Notes under the pieces: model-generated | The model's input: only the letters and a program-made list of their open reading frames with translations | What the model was told of the DNA's origin: nothing | Databases searched by the model: none | In this document: piece after piece, positions 39,769 through 51,864 of the stretch | Numbering within the stretch: the stretch's first letter is position 1 | How the letters are laid out: each line of letters opens with the position of its first letter | Made by a program: the position numbers and the translations under genes | Source: Octopus bimaculoides | Lineage: Eukaryota | Assembly: GCF_001194135.2 (NCBI RefSeq) | Contig: NC_068989.1 | Span: 17,998,721 to 18,059,958, forward strand | Direction: 5' to 3' | DNA: 61,238 nt

Positions 39769-41827
39769 CCGGGGTTTTCCGAAAACCCGCCCAGGGCTGT
39801 TAAATATAAAATTATATTTCATAAAACTATTTTTCGGCTTAAATAACTGCCGTTCATGGGCGGTAATATGGAAGTAAAATATTTCACCTAGGAAAAACAA
39901 AGATATTCTCAAAAACCATATTTATTTTATACAATTCCATTGAACTTCAATTGTTTCAGTTATCAGATATATAGACATAAAGAAACTGAAACAGCCTTTA
40001 AAGAAGTAGCATATTAAAAAATATTCTGAAGTTAACAATGGATCTATTAAGAAACGTTGAAAATTAAACTATTGAATACATGAAAAGAAGCCTCGTATGA
40101 ACATTTAATGTCCTTGGGCATTTATGGTAGAATAATAACCGAATAGTTTCAAGTTAAATATCACGAATTTCTTCATTTGTTGCTTGACAATAATTCACAT
40201 CAGATCTAATTTCACTTACTTGTATCTCATTTTCAATTTTGTCATTATGTACATCTGGCGCATTTACCTCAAGGCCAGACAAAACATCCTGTCCACGAGG
40301 AGCAATTCCACAACATTCAAAAGCACGCTTTATTGCTTCTTTATTTAAAGTGGCAACTGCTTGGATCACAAAGTTCACTGTCTCTTGATAGGAAGGTTTT
40401 TTGCGATACCCTTTATTTGTATACTCCTTTTTGCCATTTGAAAACCAATTCTCCCATTCAGCACGAAGAGCTTTCTTGAAAGCGCCAATAATTGATACAT
40501 CTAACGGCTGTAAGTAAGACGTTTCAGGAGATATAAGTCTGAGAACTGTATTCCTACGTTTGAACACTTCTAGGAGCTCTGTTTTCTTGTGCACTGAGCA
40601 TTCATCCATGAATAGCACTGAATTTTGAGCATGGAATAGTTGTGCTGTTCTCTGACCAAACACTTTGTCAGCCCACAGCTGCATGAGTTCATATGTGATT
40701 GATCCCCTGCTGGAGACTGTTAAGTAAATATTCTTTGGGACCTTGATTTTAGACACGTTTTTCAATCCTTTAAAAATAATCATTGTTTTCAACACCTTTC
40801 CTGCAGCTTTAACACACAACACAGCAGTAAATCGAGCTTTTGGAAGCACCACAGTGGCTAACATCTACATTTTCATTGCCAACAAAGTCTATGGTTGTTG
40901 AACTCAACATGTCAACGAATACAGGTGTTTCATTCATATTATATATCTGATCAGCATCCTTATCTGCTGTTAATTACTGGAATGCTATCTAGATTTGTGC
41001 CTTTTCTCCAAGTGTTTTATTGTCTGCCTGACCAACAGGTGTAATCTTTCTCACAGTCAGTTTATTCCGTTTCATGAAATTGAAAATTCATTTATCAGAA
41101 TATCTAAAGCTGTTTATGTCAATTCCAAACCTTTTTACCAATTCAAAAGCATGTTCCCGTAAACGGCGATAATTAACAATTATATTGTTTGCACGCTGAA
41201 CAACAATCCACTGTAAGAGTTCAATCTCTAGATCTCTATGTGTTGGTCCTCTACCTCCACCAACTGATCTGCGTTTCCTCTTGTCTGACATATTGATTAA
41301 CTCAGTTTCTTTTGTGCACCATTCTCCCAATCGTTTTCTATCAATACCTAAGTCACTTGACGCAGCAGATAAATTACCAGAATGTTCTTTCACTCGTTTA
41401 ACAGCACTCAATTTTTCACTAATGGTATATGATCGTTGAACACGTTTTTATATATTTTCTTTCGACTCCATTATTGGGAATAAAAATCCTTTGACTTTAT
41501 CTATAGACTTATTTACTCCACCAAAACTTACTATACAATAACGTAGTGAAGCGTGCAACGAGATAATTACTAATGACTCGCGTAAGGAACATTAACAGCA
41601 AGACAATGGTTATTCCCTAGATATCGGCGTTCAATAAGAACTTGTGTTACAAATTGAGATATTCAAGGTAAATCAGAACACGTAGCAATGACGACAAATA
41701 TAATTGGATCAGATAAGTGGTGTAGTGCAGCCGACGAACTATCAGATAGTGGTAATCAATCAAAGGGTGTTACATTACTCCTCCTATGTGCGATCTAATG
41801 GATGGGCGGATATTCGGAAAACCCCGG
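39769..41827 (-). mobile_element. full-length pogo-superfamily (Passer/POGK-like) DNA transposon, 2059 bp
   Basis: 25-bp TIRs, CCGGGGTTTTCCGAAAACCCGCCCA vs CCGGGGTTTTCCGAATATCCGCCCA (23/25); TA on both flanks. Confidence 0.92.
40154..41471 (-). pseudogene. pogo/Passer-like transposase pseudogene (Brinker/psq-type HTH, CENP-B HTH, DDE_1)
   Basis: MESKENI*KRVQRSYTISEKLSAV.., WIVVQRANNIIV.., IYNMNETP (first D reads N), VLFMDECSVH..SYLQPLDVS with 34 residues between the second and third D. Several stops and one frameshift near 40865. Confidence 0.9.
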
Positions 41828-42117
41828 TATTATGAGTTCTAATGTTATAGACTTAATCCGTCGCTCGGCTTAACATCACAACGTAGTCCTTTAGTGGAAT
41901 TCACTCTCTCAAGTTTTCGAGTCCGATCTCTGGTTTAAGGATAATGTCATCTGTTCTTCCTACCAATCACGAAAATCCCTTAAAATTAAACATAGTCATG
42001 AGAAATGTACGCTTGTGCGCTCGCGCGCATCTTTCACAACCAGCGAAACAAAGAAAACTTTGTGCACCAACGAAGTTCAGAGTTTTTGTTTTATTTTTAT
42101 TGAAGATGGTTACTCAC

Positions 42118-42177
42118 ATGCAAGAGCACGTTCTTTGCAAAAAAATACAAAACTTGCACACAAATTTCTGCACATAC
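42118..42177 (-). CDS. candidate 60-nt exon
   Basis: TTTTATTTTTATTTTTGCTTCAG acceptor and GTGAGT donor. Open in all frames; no homology recognised. Confidence 0.25.
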
Positions 42178-43515
42178 CTGAAGCAAAAATAAAAATAAAA
42201 TGGAGGGAACATCTGGCCCGGAATGTTGTCTTACCCTTCGTATGGTCAAAAAGAGTCTAACCATGACAATTACACCATTTTTCCTTCGCGGAATGTGTTA
42301 CCCGACCGCATTAGTAAATGTGTCAGTTTAGATGTACATTTGGTTTGCTATCTCTAGCAGGTTGAGTGACGACGTAGAGGTTTCCCTCTATTGATTGTTT
42401 AACCCAATTTCACTAGACTTATAATCAAAGGCGTTCCAGTAATTACCTTTCCATTTTTAAAGATAGCATAGTGTATGTAGGAATATAATTTCAACGTGTC
42501 TCCTTTCCTTCTATTTTTTCGTTCTTCCATTTTTCCTATTTCATTTCTTTTATTACTTTCTTTAATACTGGAATTGAGCGGACGTAAAGAATACGCACCG
42601 TCTTTTATTTTTTCTTTTGTTTTTTACAGAATTCCCCCATTTTCGAGTACGGAGATTCTGATCTTGTAAAAAAAAAAACGACATTTAAAAATTTTCCAGG
42701 CATATCGCTCATAGTTTCCATGCTATAGACATATAAGTCATGTGGTCTGGCTAAATGGTTTATCTCCGATCTTGTATGTAAATATGTGTGTGTGTGTGTG
42801 TGTGTGTGTGTACATATATATATGTTTAAGTATACAATTATAAAATATAATAATTAAGGGTGCTGGAATGCCAGCGCCTATGCGCTAGAAGTTGATGTCA
42901 AATATCAACAATCTATTCTAAATTTGTTCTCTATTTATCACCCCAGGTCGAATGCGAAGTAATGACCGAGAAAATTTACAAAAATTCGGATATATANNNN
43001 NNNNNNNNNNNNNNNNNNNNNNNNNNNNNNNNNNNNNNNNNNNNNNNNNNNNNNNNNNNNNNNNNNNNNNNNNNNNNNNNNNNNNNNNNNNNNNNNNNNN
43101 NNNNNNNNNNNNNNNNNNNNNNNNNNNNNNNNNNNNNNNNNNNNNNNNNNNNNNNNNNNNNNNNNNNNNNNNNNNNNNNNNNNNNNNNNNNNNNNNNNNN
43201 NNNNNNNNNNNNNNNNNNNNNNNNNNNNNNNNNACCCTAGTATCTATTAACATATTTGCATTATCGAAGTTTTTCAACCAAGATAATATTAATATACACA
43301 CACGCACACACACACACAGATACATATATATATATATAAAATTCAAATTACGATGGACGTAAACAAACAAACGAAGTTTGCTTTTAGAAAGTTAAAGAAG
43401 TGATTTTAAATTCTCAAACGCAGAATAATGCTAATAATATAGCCTGAACAGGATAAGCTACCCCTATTTTGCAGAAAAAAGTGTTGGCGGCCAGCTATAT
43501 ATATATATATACATA

Positions 43516-43800
43516 TGCCCGGACAATGCATATGTAAGAATAAATTCAAATATGAGATAGAAGCAACGTAAGAGTAAGAGAGATTACCAATCACATATTC
43601 TTATCTGATGTGGCTACTTTATTTGCCGGTAGGCCGCGCATTGGCGTGGTAGCGAGTACTCTCTCAAAGCGCCGGCTGTTGAAGCACCTGATAGTCATGG
43701 ACCGACGAGATAACTCACTTCTAACCCTCTAAGGTTTATTACACTAGCACTGCTTTTATTTCATATTTTAATTTATTGTTATGTATGCATTGTCCGGGCA
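43516..43800. mobile_element. 285-bp MITE with about 50-bp imperfect TIRs and TA flanks
   Basis: TGCCCGGACAATGCATA..AATAAATT.AAATATGA.ATA.AAGCA is present inverted at both ends; TA at 43514-15 and 43801-02. Confidence 0.85.
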
Positions 43801-44076
43801 TATTCGCACATAGCTTGCACGCTATAAGCATATAAGGCGTGGATTGTTGAAATGGTAGGATCTTTTTTAAAACGGGGGCCACATTTTTCATTAACGAAAC
43901 ACTTTGAAACTTGGAACACTGGTAGAATGTGTCATATAAAACATCTTTTTCTCTTAGTCTTCTTAAAAAAAAAAGAAATCCATAAATTATTCCATGTTAA
44001 AGTTGTCGTATTTCTGTAATTTCAACCAATCACTGACGTCCATTCAGCCGATATACATTAAGTGCCGACTACATAA

Positions 44077-44217
44077 ACAAACGATTCTGAAACAATTAAC
44101 CCTAACCCTAACCCTAACTCTAACCCTAACCCTAACCCTAGGGTTAGAGTTAGGGCTAGGGTTAGGGTTAAAGCAAATTTAAAATGAAAAAAGCAAATAA
44201 AACGAAGAATCGTTTGT
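44077..44217. repeat. inverted telomere-type array (TAACCC)7-TA-(GGGTTA)5 inside a fold-back structure
   Basis: Array at 44096-44170 with centre CCCT|AGGG. Flanking 12-bp inverted repeat ACAAACGATTCT (44077-88) / AGAATCGTTTGT (44206-17), then an N gap. Confidence 0.9.
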
Positions 44218-44907
44218 NNNNNNNNNNNNNNNNNNNNNNNNNNNNNNNNNNNNNNNNNNNNNNNNNNNNNNNNNNNNNNNNNNNNNNNNNNNNNNNNNNN
44301 NNNNNNNNNNNNNNNNNNNNNNNNNNNNNNNNNNNNNNNNNNNNNNNNNNNNNNNNNNNNNNNNNNNNNNNNNNNNNNNNNNNNNNNNNNNNNNNNNNNN
44401 NNNNNNNNNNNNNNNNNNNNNNNNNNNNNNNNNNNNNNNNNNNNNNNNNNNNNNNNNNNNNNNNNNNNNNNNNNNNNNNNNNNNNNNNNNNNNNNNNNNN
44501 NNNNNNNNNNNNNNNNNNNNNNNNNNNNNNNNNNNNNNNNNNNNNNNNNNNNNNNNNNNNNNNNNNNNNNNNNNNNNNNNNNNNNNNNNNNNNNNNNNNN
44601 NNNNNNNNNNNNNNNNNNNNNNNNNNNNNNNNNNNNNNNNNNNNNNNNNNNNNNNNNNNNNNNNNNNNNNNNNNNNNNNNNNNNNNNNNNNNNNNNNNNN
44701 NNNNNNNNNNNNNNNNNNNNNNNNNNNNNNNNNNNNNNNNNNNNNNNNNNNNNNNNNNNNNNNNNNNNNNNNNNNNNNNNNNNNNNNNNNNNNNNNNNNN
44801 NNNNNNNNNNNNNNNNNNNNNNNNNNNNNNNNNNNNNNNNNNNNNNNNNNNNNNNNNNNNNNNNNNNNNNNNNNNNNNNNNNNNNNNNNNNNNNNNNNNN
44901 NNNNNNN

Positions 44908-44976
<69 letters not shown>

Positions 44977-46119
44977 GTGAGACCAGACATTTATAATAAA
45001 CTGCGAACTCAACCGAAAAATTTAGTCTGAGAATTCTCATACTGGAAGTTAATAACAAATAGGAATTCGGATACCTGTAGCTTTGAATCATGTGAATTCA
45101 CAAAAGAATATTTACACAAACTAATGGCCTAAAATAAGACTGGCTCTCGTCTGCAATATTGAGGTCTCTACACAATGTGGATCATTGTATGCAGTTATGT
45201 GACCAATATAATACTGGGTGTAGACATTAATATTTAAAACACAATTGCGACAGAGTTGCTAATAGAGCTAATAGCAATATTAATTAATTATACAAATAAC
45301 TGGATTAAGCTAAAACCCCTGCACAACAGCCATCCACCACATATTCTGAAGACCCACGCAATAAAAATATTNNNNNNNNNNNNNNNNNNNNNNNNNNNNN
45401 NNNNNNNNNNNNNNNNNNNNNNNNNNNNNNNNNNNNNNNNNNNNNNNNNNNNNNNNNNNNNNNNNNNNNNNNNNNNNNNNNNNNNNNNNNNNNNNNNNNN
45501 NNNNNNNNNNNNNNNNNNNNNNNNNNNNNNNNNNNNNNNNNNNNNNNNNNNNNNNNNNNNNNNNNNNNNNNNNNNNNNNNNNNNNNNNNNNNNNNNNNNN
45601 NNNNNNNNNNNNNNNNNNNNNNNNNNNNNNNNNNNNNNNNNNNNNNNNNNNNNNNNNNNNNNNNNNNNNNNNNNNNNNNNNNNNNNNNNNNNNNNNNNNN
45701 NNNNNNNNNNNNNNNNNNNNNNNNNNNNNNNNNNNNNNNNNNNNNNNNNNNNNNNNNNNNNNNNNNNNNNNNNNNNNNNNNNNNNNNNNNNNNNNNNNNN
45801 NNNNNNNNNNNNNNNNNNNNNNNNNNNNNNNNNNNNNNNNNNNNNNNNNNNNNNNNNNNNNNNNNNNNNNNNNNNNNNNNNNNNNNNNNNNNNNNNNNNN
45901 NNNNNNNNNNNNNNNNNNNNNNNNNNNNNNNNNNNNNNNNNNNNNNNNNNNNNNNNNNNNNNNNNNNNNNNNNNNNNNNNNNNNNNNNNNNNNNNNNNNN
46001 NNNNNNNNNNNNNNNNNNNNNNNNNNNNNNNNNNNNNNNNNNNNNNNNNNNNNNNNNNNNNNNNNNNNNNNNNNNNNNNNNNNNNNNNNNNNNNNNNNNN
46101 NNNNNNNNNNNNNNNNNNN

Positions 46120-46287
46120 NGTAAACAAACTAACATAGGTCGTCGGGAAGCGGTGAGGGACAAACACAAATTCAGAGACATACACGCATAGCTATATATA
46201 CATTTATATATTTCGTTACGGCAGGTTTCCATACAATTTCCGTCTACCAAATCCACTTACAAGGCTTTGGTCGGCCCGGGTTTATAG
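46120..46287 (-). mobile_element. SINE family B fragment interrupted by mariner at a TA
   Basis: ...GGTCGGCCCGGGTTTATAG-TA is followed by the mariner TIR instead of GAAGACAC. Confidence 0.8.
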
Positions 46288-46289
46288 TA

Positions 46290-47500
46290 TTGGGTTGAGG
46301 AATAGTTCATGGGCGTTTTTTTACAGATTCAAAAATGCACGCAGAAATAAAATACAATAGCTAAATGTTTTATGTTATTTAAAAGAGAATTTTTTTTTGC
46401 CTACAAGATAGAGTGTTTTGATTTCTTAATCTTATTGAATTTTGTGTATTTTTAGATCAATAAAACGGAAGGTCAAGTGGACAAAACTGAGCATTTTCGA
46501 CACCATTTGCTTTTTGCGTTTAATCGAGGTGTTAAGGCCGCCGAAGCTGCTTCTGAGATTTGTACTGTGTATGGAGAAGGAGCAATGCCTCAAAGTACCG
46601 CCTGCCATTGGCTTTCGCGCTTCAAAAATGGGAACTTTGACCTCAAGAACGGATCACACACCTGTCGACCAATTAAGTTCGATGAAGATCGATTGAATCA
46701 ACTTCTTCACGAAAATCCACGTCAAACGACCAGAGAATAGGTGAAGCAGATGGATTGTGATAAAAAGAAACTGTGGGGAACCACCTTCACTCAATGGGCA
46801 AGGTTCAGAAACTCGACACTTGGGTGCCACACACTTTGAGCGCAAACAACAAAAATCAACGCTTCACAATCGCCTCCAGTTTGCTCACTCGACATCGCTC
46901 GACATCGTTCGACATCGCTCCATACATGGTCACAAACAGCGTTTTCTTTACTGCATTGTCACTGGCGATGAAAAATGGTGCCTTTACGTCATTATGGAGC
47001 AGCGAAAAGAATGGCTCAGCCCCAGCAAACAAGTGACTCCGCAAGCAAAACAATACCTTCATCCTTGAAAGACCATGTTGTGTGTATGGTTGGACTGGGA
47101 AGGCATAATCCATTACGAACTGCTTGAGCGCAACCAAACACTCAATGCGGAGCTTTATGTTCAATAACTGCACCGACTCAACGAAGCAATTCAGCAAAAA
47201 ACACCAAACAGACGAAATGGCGTTCTTCTGCAACACGACAACGCCCGTTCTCACATCGCCAATATAACCAAAGCCACGATTCAAGAACTTGAATGGGAAG
47301 TGCTGCCCGACCGCTTTCGAACGCTTTGCGCGGTGTATCGTCCAATAATGACGTGGAATTGACGACTTGGTTGGATGAATTCTTTGAGTCGAGACTGGGA
47401 GATTTCTATCACTAAGGCATCAATTTACTTATTGAACGATAGGGGGAAGTCGTAAACAGCAACAGAGAGTATATCATTGATTAATTTGTTGTAGTTATTT
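46290..47500 (+). mobile_element. mariner element, left TIR present, right TIR lost; transposase pseudogene about 46464-47483
   Basis: TA-TTGGGTTGAGGAATAGTTCATG TIR; HFRHHLLFAFNRG.., WVPHTL, IVTGDEKW, LLQHDNARSH. The YSPDLAPSD block is deleted; in-frame stops; triplicated 10-mer GACATCGCTC at 46891-46920. Confidence 0.92.
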
Positions 47501-47518
47501 TTGTTTATCATTATACAA

Positions 47519-47649
47519 CCGAGGTTGATTTTGCCTCTCATCCTTTCGGATTCGATAAAATAAGTGACAGTTGCGCACTGGATTCAGTGTAATTGACTAA
47601 TCTACTCACCCAGAATTTCAGGCCTTGTGCCTATAGAAGAAAGAATTGC

Positions 47650-47692
<43 letters not shown>

Positions 47693-48120
47693 ACTATTCT
47701 GCCGAGGTTGGCTTTGGCTCTCATCTTTTCGGGGTCGATAAAACAAGTGACAGCCAAGTAATGGTACCGATGTAATCAACTTAACCCTCCCCCAAATTTG
47801 CTGGGTTTGTGCCATCATTTGAAACTACTACTACTACTACCACCACCACCACCACCACAACCACTGCTGTTGCGACTACTAATACTACTACAAAGGCGGT
47901 GAGTTGGCAGAATCGTTAGCACTCCGGGCGAAATGCTTAGCGGTATTTCATCTGCCGCTACGTTTTGAGTTCAAATTCCGCCGAGGTCGACTTTGCCTTT
48001 CATCCTTTCGGGGGATGATGAAATAAGTATCAGTTTAGCACTGGGGGTCGATATAATCGACTAAACCCCCTTCCCCTCCCCAAAATTTTCAAGGCCTTGT
48101 GCCTAGAGTAGAAATAATTA
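47519..48120 (+). mobile_element. cluster of three SINE family A copies separated by (GTT)n and (TAC/CAC)n
   Basis: 5'-truncated copies at 47519-47640 and 47697-47822; full copy at 47893-48120. Confidence 0.85.
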
Positions 48121-48819
48121 TTGTTGTTGTTGTTTTTGTTGCTACTCTAAAAGAATCCTTTTTTTGTTTCTGGTTTTATAATGTCCCCCTTTGATGTCAT
48201 TTCGAAAACATTACTACTCCTACTTCCTCTTCTCCTTCTCACCCTCCTCCTCCTCTTCCTCCTCGTACGACTACTACTATTATGATGACGATATGTCCAT
48301 CCTACTCCAGCGAGTAACACATCCCTATATTCTCCACGTCAACCACCCCTGTCGCTTGGTCAAGTGAACCAGGAAACAAACAGGAAGGAGCAAAGTGTGA
48401 AATGTCACAGCTGGGATCAGCTATTTTGAGTAATGTGAAGCCTTTGTGGACTGACGTAGAAAAGGGGATGGCGAAGAACGAGCGTTAGTGGTAGGAGAGG
48501 AACGTGAGGGGGTTGACATGAGCGAGAAGGGGATAGGGTAGAGAGAAGGGAATTCCTAAAAGATGAGAGAAGCCAAATAAGAAAGGATTGGGAAACTGGG
48601 CGGCGAAATGTTATGAAAATCTAAGAGAAGAGGAGGGAGAGAGTGACAGAGAGAGAAGTAGGAAGAAAAAAAAGAGAGAGAATAAAAAGACTAATGAAGT
48701 TAAGGGAAGGGAGGGAGAAAGGGGGAAAAGGAAGTGGATTGAGGAGATGAAAAGGGGGAGAGAAAATAGAAAAAGAGGAGAACATAGAAAGTTGAGGGGA
48801 GAGAAGATTAAGACAAAGA

Positions 48820-49095
48820 AGTGGAGAGAGAGAGGGGGGTGGAGAGAGGGGGTGGAGAGAGAGGGGATGGAGAGAGAGGGGTGGAGAGAGAGGGGGATGG
48901 AGAGAGAGGGGGATGGAGNNNNNNNNNNNNNNNNNNNNNNNNNNNNNNNNNNNNNNNNNNNNNNNNNNNNNNNNNNNNNNNNNNNNNNNNNNGAGAGAGA
49001 GAGGGGGATGGAGAGAGAGGGGGATGGAGAGAGGGGGGATGGAGAGAGGGGGATGGAGAGAGAGGGGGAATGGAGAGAGAGAGGGATGGAGAGAG
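48820..49095. repeat. purine-rich satellite (GGGGATGGAGAGAGA-like) with a gap
   Basis: Direct reading. Confidence 0.9.
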
Positions 49096-49545
49096 AGAGT
49101 TAAAAGGGATGAGAGTGGAAAAATGTTTTTAAAAATGTCGGAAAGGAAGAGATTGAGATAAGAAGAGAAAAAGTGTTTGTGAGCGGAGGATTGGACCAAA
49201 GAATCAAGTGGAAAAGAAATAAAGGAATTTATTATTTTTTTTTTTATGAACTATTAGAAAAGGAGGTGGGGGTAGAGGACGAGTAAAGAGGCGTAATGAG
49301 AGAGAGGGAGTGAAGATCAATAGGAAAACTTGAGAAAGAAAGTAGCAAAGAAGTATAGAGGGAGTAAGACATAGAAAGGGGCCGGAGAGGGTGTATAATG
49401 AGGGTTTTCAGAAGCGAAATATATTACTAGTAGTGGTAGTAGTGGTAGTAGTAGTAGTAGTAGTAGTAGTACTCGACTCTGATGGAATACTCTAATGAAA
49501 TGCAGGTAGTCGGTGAAGCAGTATTGTTGTTCACCGACTACCTGC

Positions 49546-49952
49546 ATTGTTGTTGTTGTTGTTGTTATTGTTGGCACTCCGTCGCTTACGACATCGAGAG
49601 TTCCAGTTGATCCGATCAACGGAACAGCCTGCTCGTGAAATTAACGTGCAAGTGGCTGAGCACTCCACAGACACGCGTACCCTTGACGTAGTTCTCGGGG
49701 AGATTCGGCGTGACACAGAGTGTGACAAGGCTGGCCCCTTTGAAATACAGGTACAACAGAAACAGGAAGAGAGAGTGAGAGAAAGTTGTGGTGAAAGAGT
49801 ACAGCAGGGTTCGCCACCATCCCCTGCCGGAGCCTCGTGGAGCTTTTGGATGTTTTCGCTCGATAAAAACTCACAACGCCCGGTCTAGGAATCGAAACCG
49901 GGATCCTATGACCGCGAGTCCGCTGCCCTAACCACTGGGCCATTGCACCTCC
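49546..49952 (-). mobile_element. SINE family C, full length (tRNA head, (AAC)n tail)
   Basis: Element sense: GCAATGGCCCAGTGGTTAGGGCAGCGGACTCGCGGTCATAGGATCCCGGTTTCGATTCC...CGACGGAGTGCCAACAATAACAAC. Confidence 0.9.
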
Positions 49953-50093
49953 ACGGCGAAGCAGTATATGCCACTTACAAATCTATTGCTGCAGTTAGAT
50001 CAAGCAGCCGCCTCGCCGAGGGCCATTCTACATATTCAGACATGCAGTAATGAACTGCGTGAAAATGTTGTGTNNNNNNNNNNGGATCGCAGT

Positions 50094-50420
50094 TTCGATT
50101 CCCAGACCGGGCGCTGTGAGTGTTTATTGAGCGAAAACACATAAAGCTCCACGAGGCTCCGGCAGGAGATGATGGCGAACCCTGCTGTACTCTTTCACCA
50201 CAACTTTCTCTCACTCTTACTTCCTGTTTCTGTTGTGCCTGTAATTCAAAGGGTCAGCCTTGTCACACTGTGTCACGCTGAATATCCCCGAGAACTACGT
50301 TAAGGGTATACGTGTCTGTGGAGTGCTCAGCCACTTGCACGTTAATTTCACGAGCAGGCTGTTCCGTTGATCGGATCAACTGGAACACTCGACTTCGTAA
50401 GCAACGGAGTGCCAACAACA
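50094..50420 (+). mobile_element. SINE family C, second copy in opposite orientation
   Basis: Collinear with the reverse complement of 49570-49915; head partly in a 10-N gap. Confidence 0.9.
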
Positions 50421-50909
50421 CCTTCTCTTCCATCTACTTTATTTCAGTGATCTGATGAAGACTGATAGCTGAATTCAACGAAGAAGGTCTTGGAGCCACA
50501 GAGTGGATATATGAAACGAAATGTTTGAAAACAAGCTATTGGAAAACGTGTGGGTTTCAGTAGAAAGAGTTGTTGGCATGGTAGTATTTAGCTCTAGGTC
50601 AACACTGATGAAGCCAACCTGTTATCAAACATATTATATCTTTGACCATCCTATCATACTTAGAGTAACTTTGTCACTACCTATATATAAGAAAACAATG
50701 AATAAACAATCTCTGATGTTGAGAGTAGCCGTCCATTTTGTGCAGCAAAAGCAGTATTAGGTTAAGTTAGCCATTTATGTATAATACTTAATGTAAAATA
50801 CCTTATTATATGCAACGCATTTGCATAGCAAATTTGAATAAACTATGTTTAAATCGAAGCTATGCTTTGGTAAAAGTTTGTAGAAAGCCACAAATTTATA
50901 AACACTTAC

Positions 50910-51019
50910 ATATAGACACACACTAAATCTTGTGTTTTGAAATTTAAAAACAATTAGACAGGATAAATCACAGGCTCCGATACTTTTGATATGGTCGGCG
51001 AAACCACTGTTTGAAAACC
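50910..51019 (-). CDS. candidate 110-nt exon (FSNSGFADHIKSIGACDLSCLIVFKFQNTRFSVCLY)
   Basis: TTCCGTTTTTCCTGATTCGTCAG acceptor and GTAAGT donor; open in one frame only and ends in phase 0. No homology recognised. Confidence 0.28.
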
Positions 51020-51114
51020 CTGACGAATCAGGAAAAACGGAACGTCTGCATGCCCCAGTCACGTGTACATATTAATGTTTGCATATCAATTACCTTAGAT
51101 ACGCAGCAGATAAA

Positions 51115-51563
51115 AATATTGATTTCAAATTTTGGCACAAGGTTAGCAATTTCGTGGGATGGGAAGTCGATTACATTGATCCCATTGTTCAATTGATGCT
51201 TATTTCATCGACCCGGAAAGGATGAAAGGTAGAATCGACCTCGGCCGAAGTTGAACTCAGAACATGAAGATGGAGGAAATACCGCTAACCATTTTGTCCG
51301 GCGTGCTAACTATTCTGCCAGCTCACTGCCTTACTGCGGATAAAAATATTCTTTTCTACTCTAGACACAAAGCCCGAAATTTGGGGGAAGGAACCAGTCG
51401 ATTAGATCAACCTCAGTACGCAACTGGTACTTAATTTATCGACCCCGAAAGGATGAAAAGCAAAGTTGACTTCGGCGGAATTTGAACTCAGAAGGTAAAG
51501 ACAGACGAAATATTGCTAAGCATTTCGCCCGACGAGCTAATGATTCTGCCAGCTCACCGCCTT
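51115..51563 (-). mobile_element. two head-to-tail SINE family A copies
   Basis: Copies at about 51115-51335 and 51345-51563. Confidence 0.9.
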
Positions 51564-51755
51564 CGCAGTAAAAATATTGACACCTTGTTGTTCCGCTGAC
51601 ATTTGGAGGACAATACGTTCAATACGCATTTAAAAACTATAAAATGTGATTTCGCTAATCAGATACTGTTGTTCAGCTCTAAATTAGCTTTAGACATATA
51701 GACATATGATGACTGACATTCATTGTATCGACAAGGACAATATTGTCCAATATGT

Positions 51756-51864
<109 letters not shown>

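Noticed and set aside
44096-44170. Ancient telomere-telomere fusion site
   Set aside because: The polarity is (CCCTAA)n then (TTAGGG)n, the reverse of a fusion junction.
50430-50650. piggyBac-like remnant (LIAEFNEEGLGAT)
   Set aside because: Only one short motif resembles PGBD transposases; no TTAA or TIRs found.
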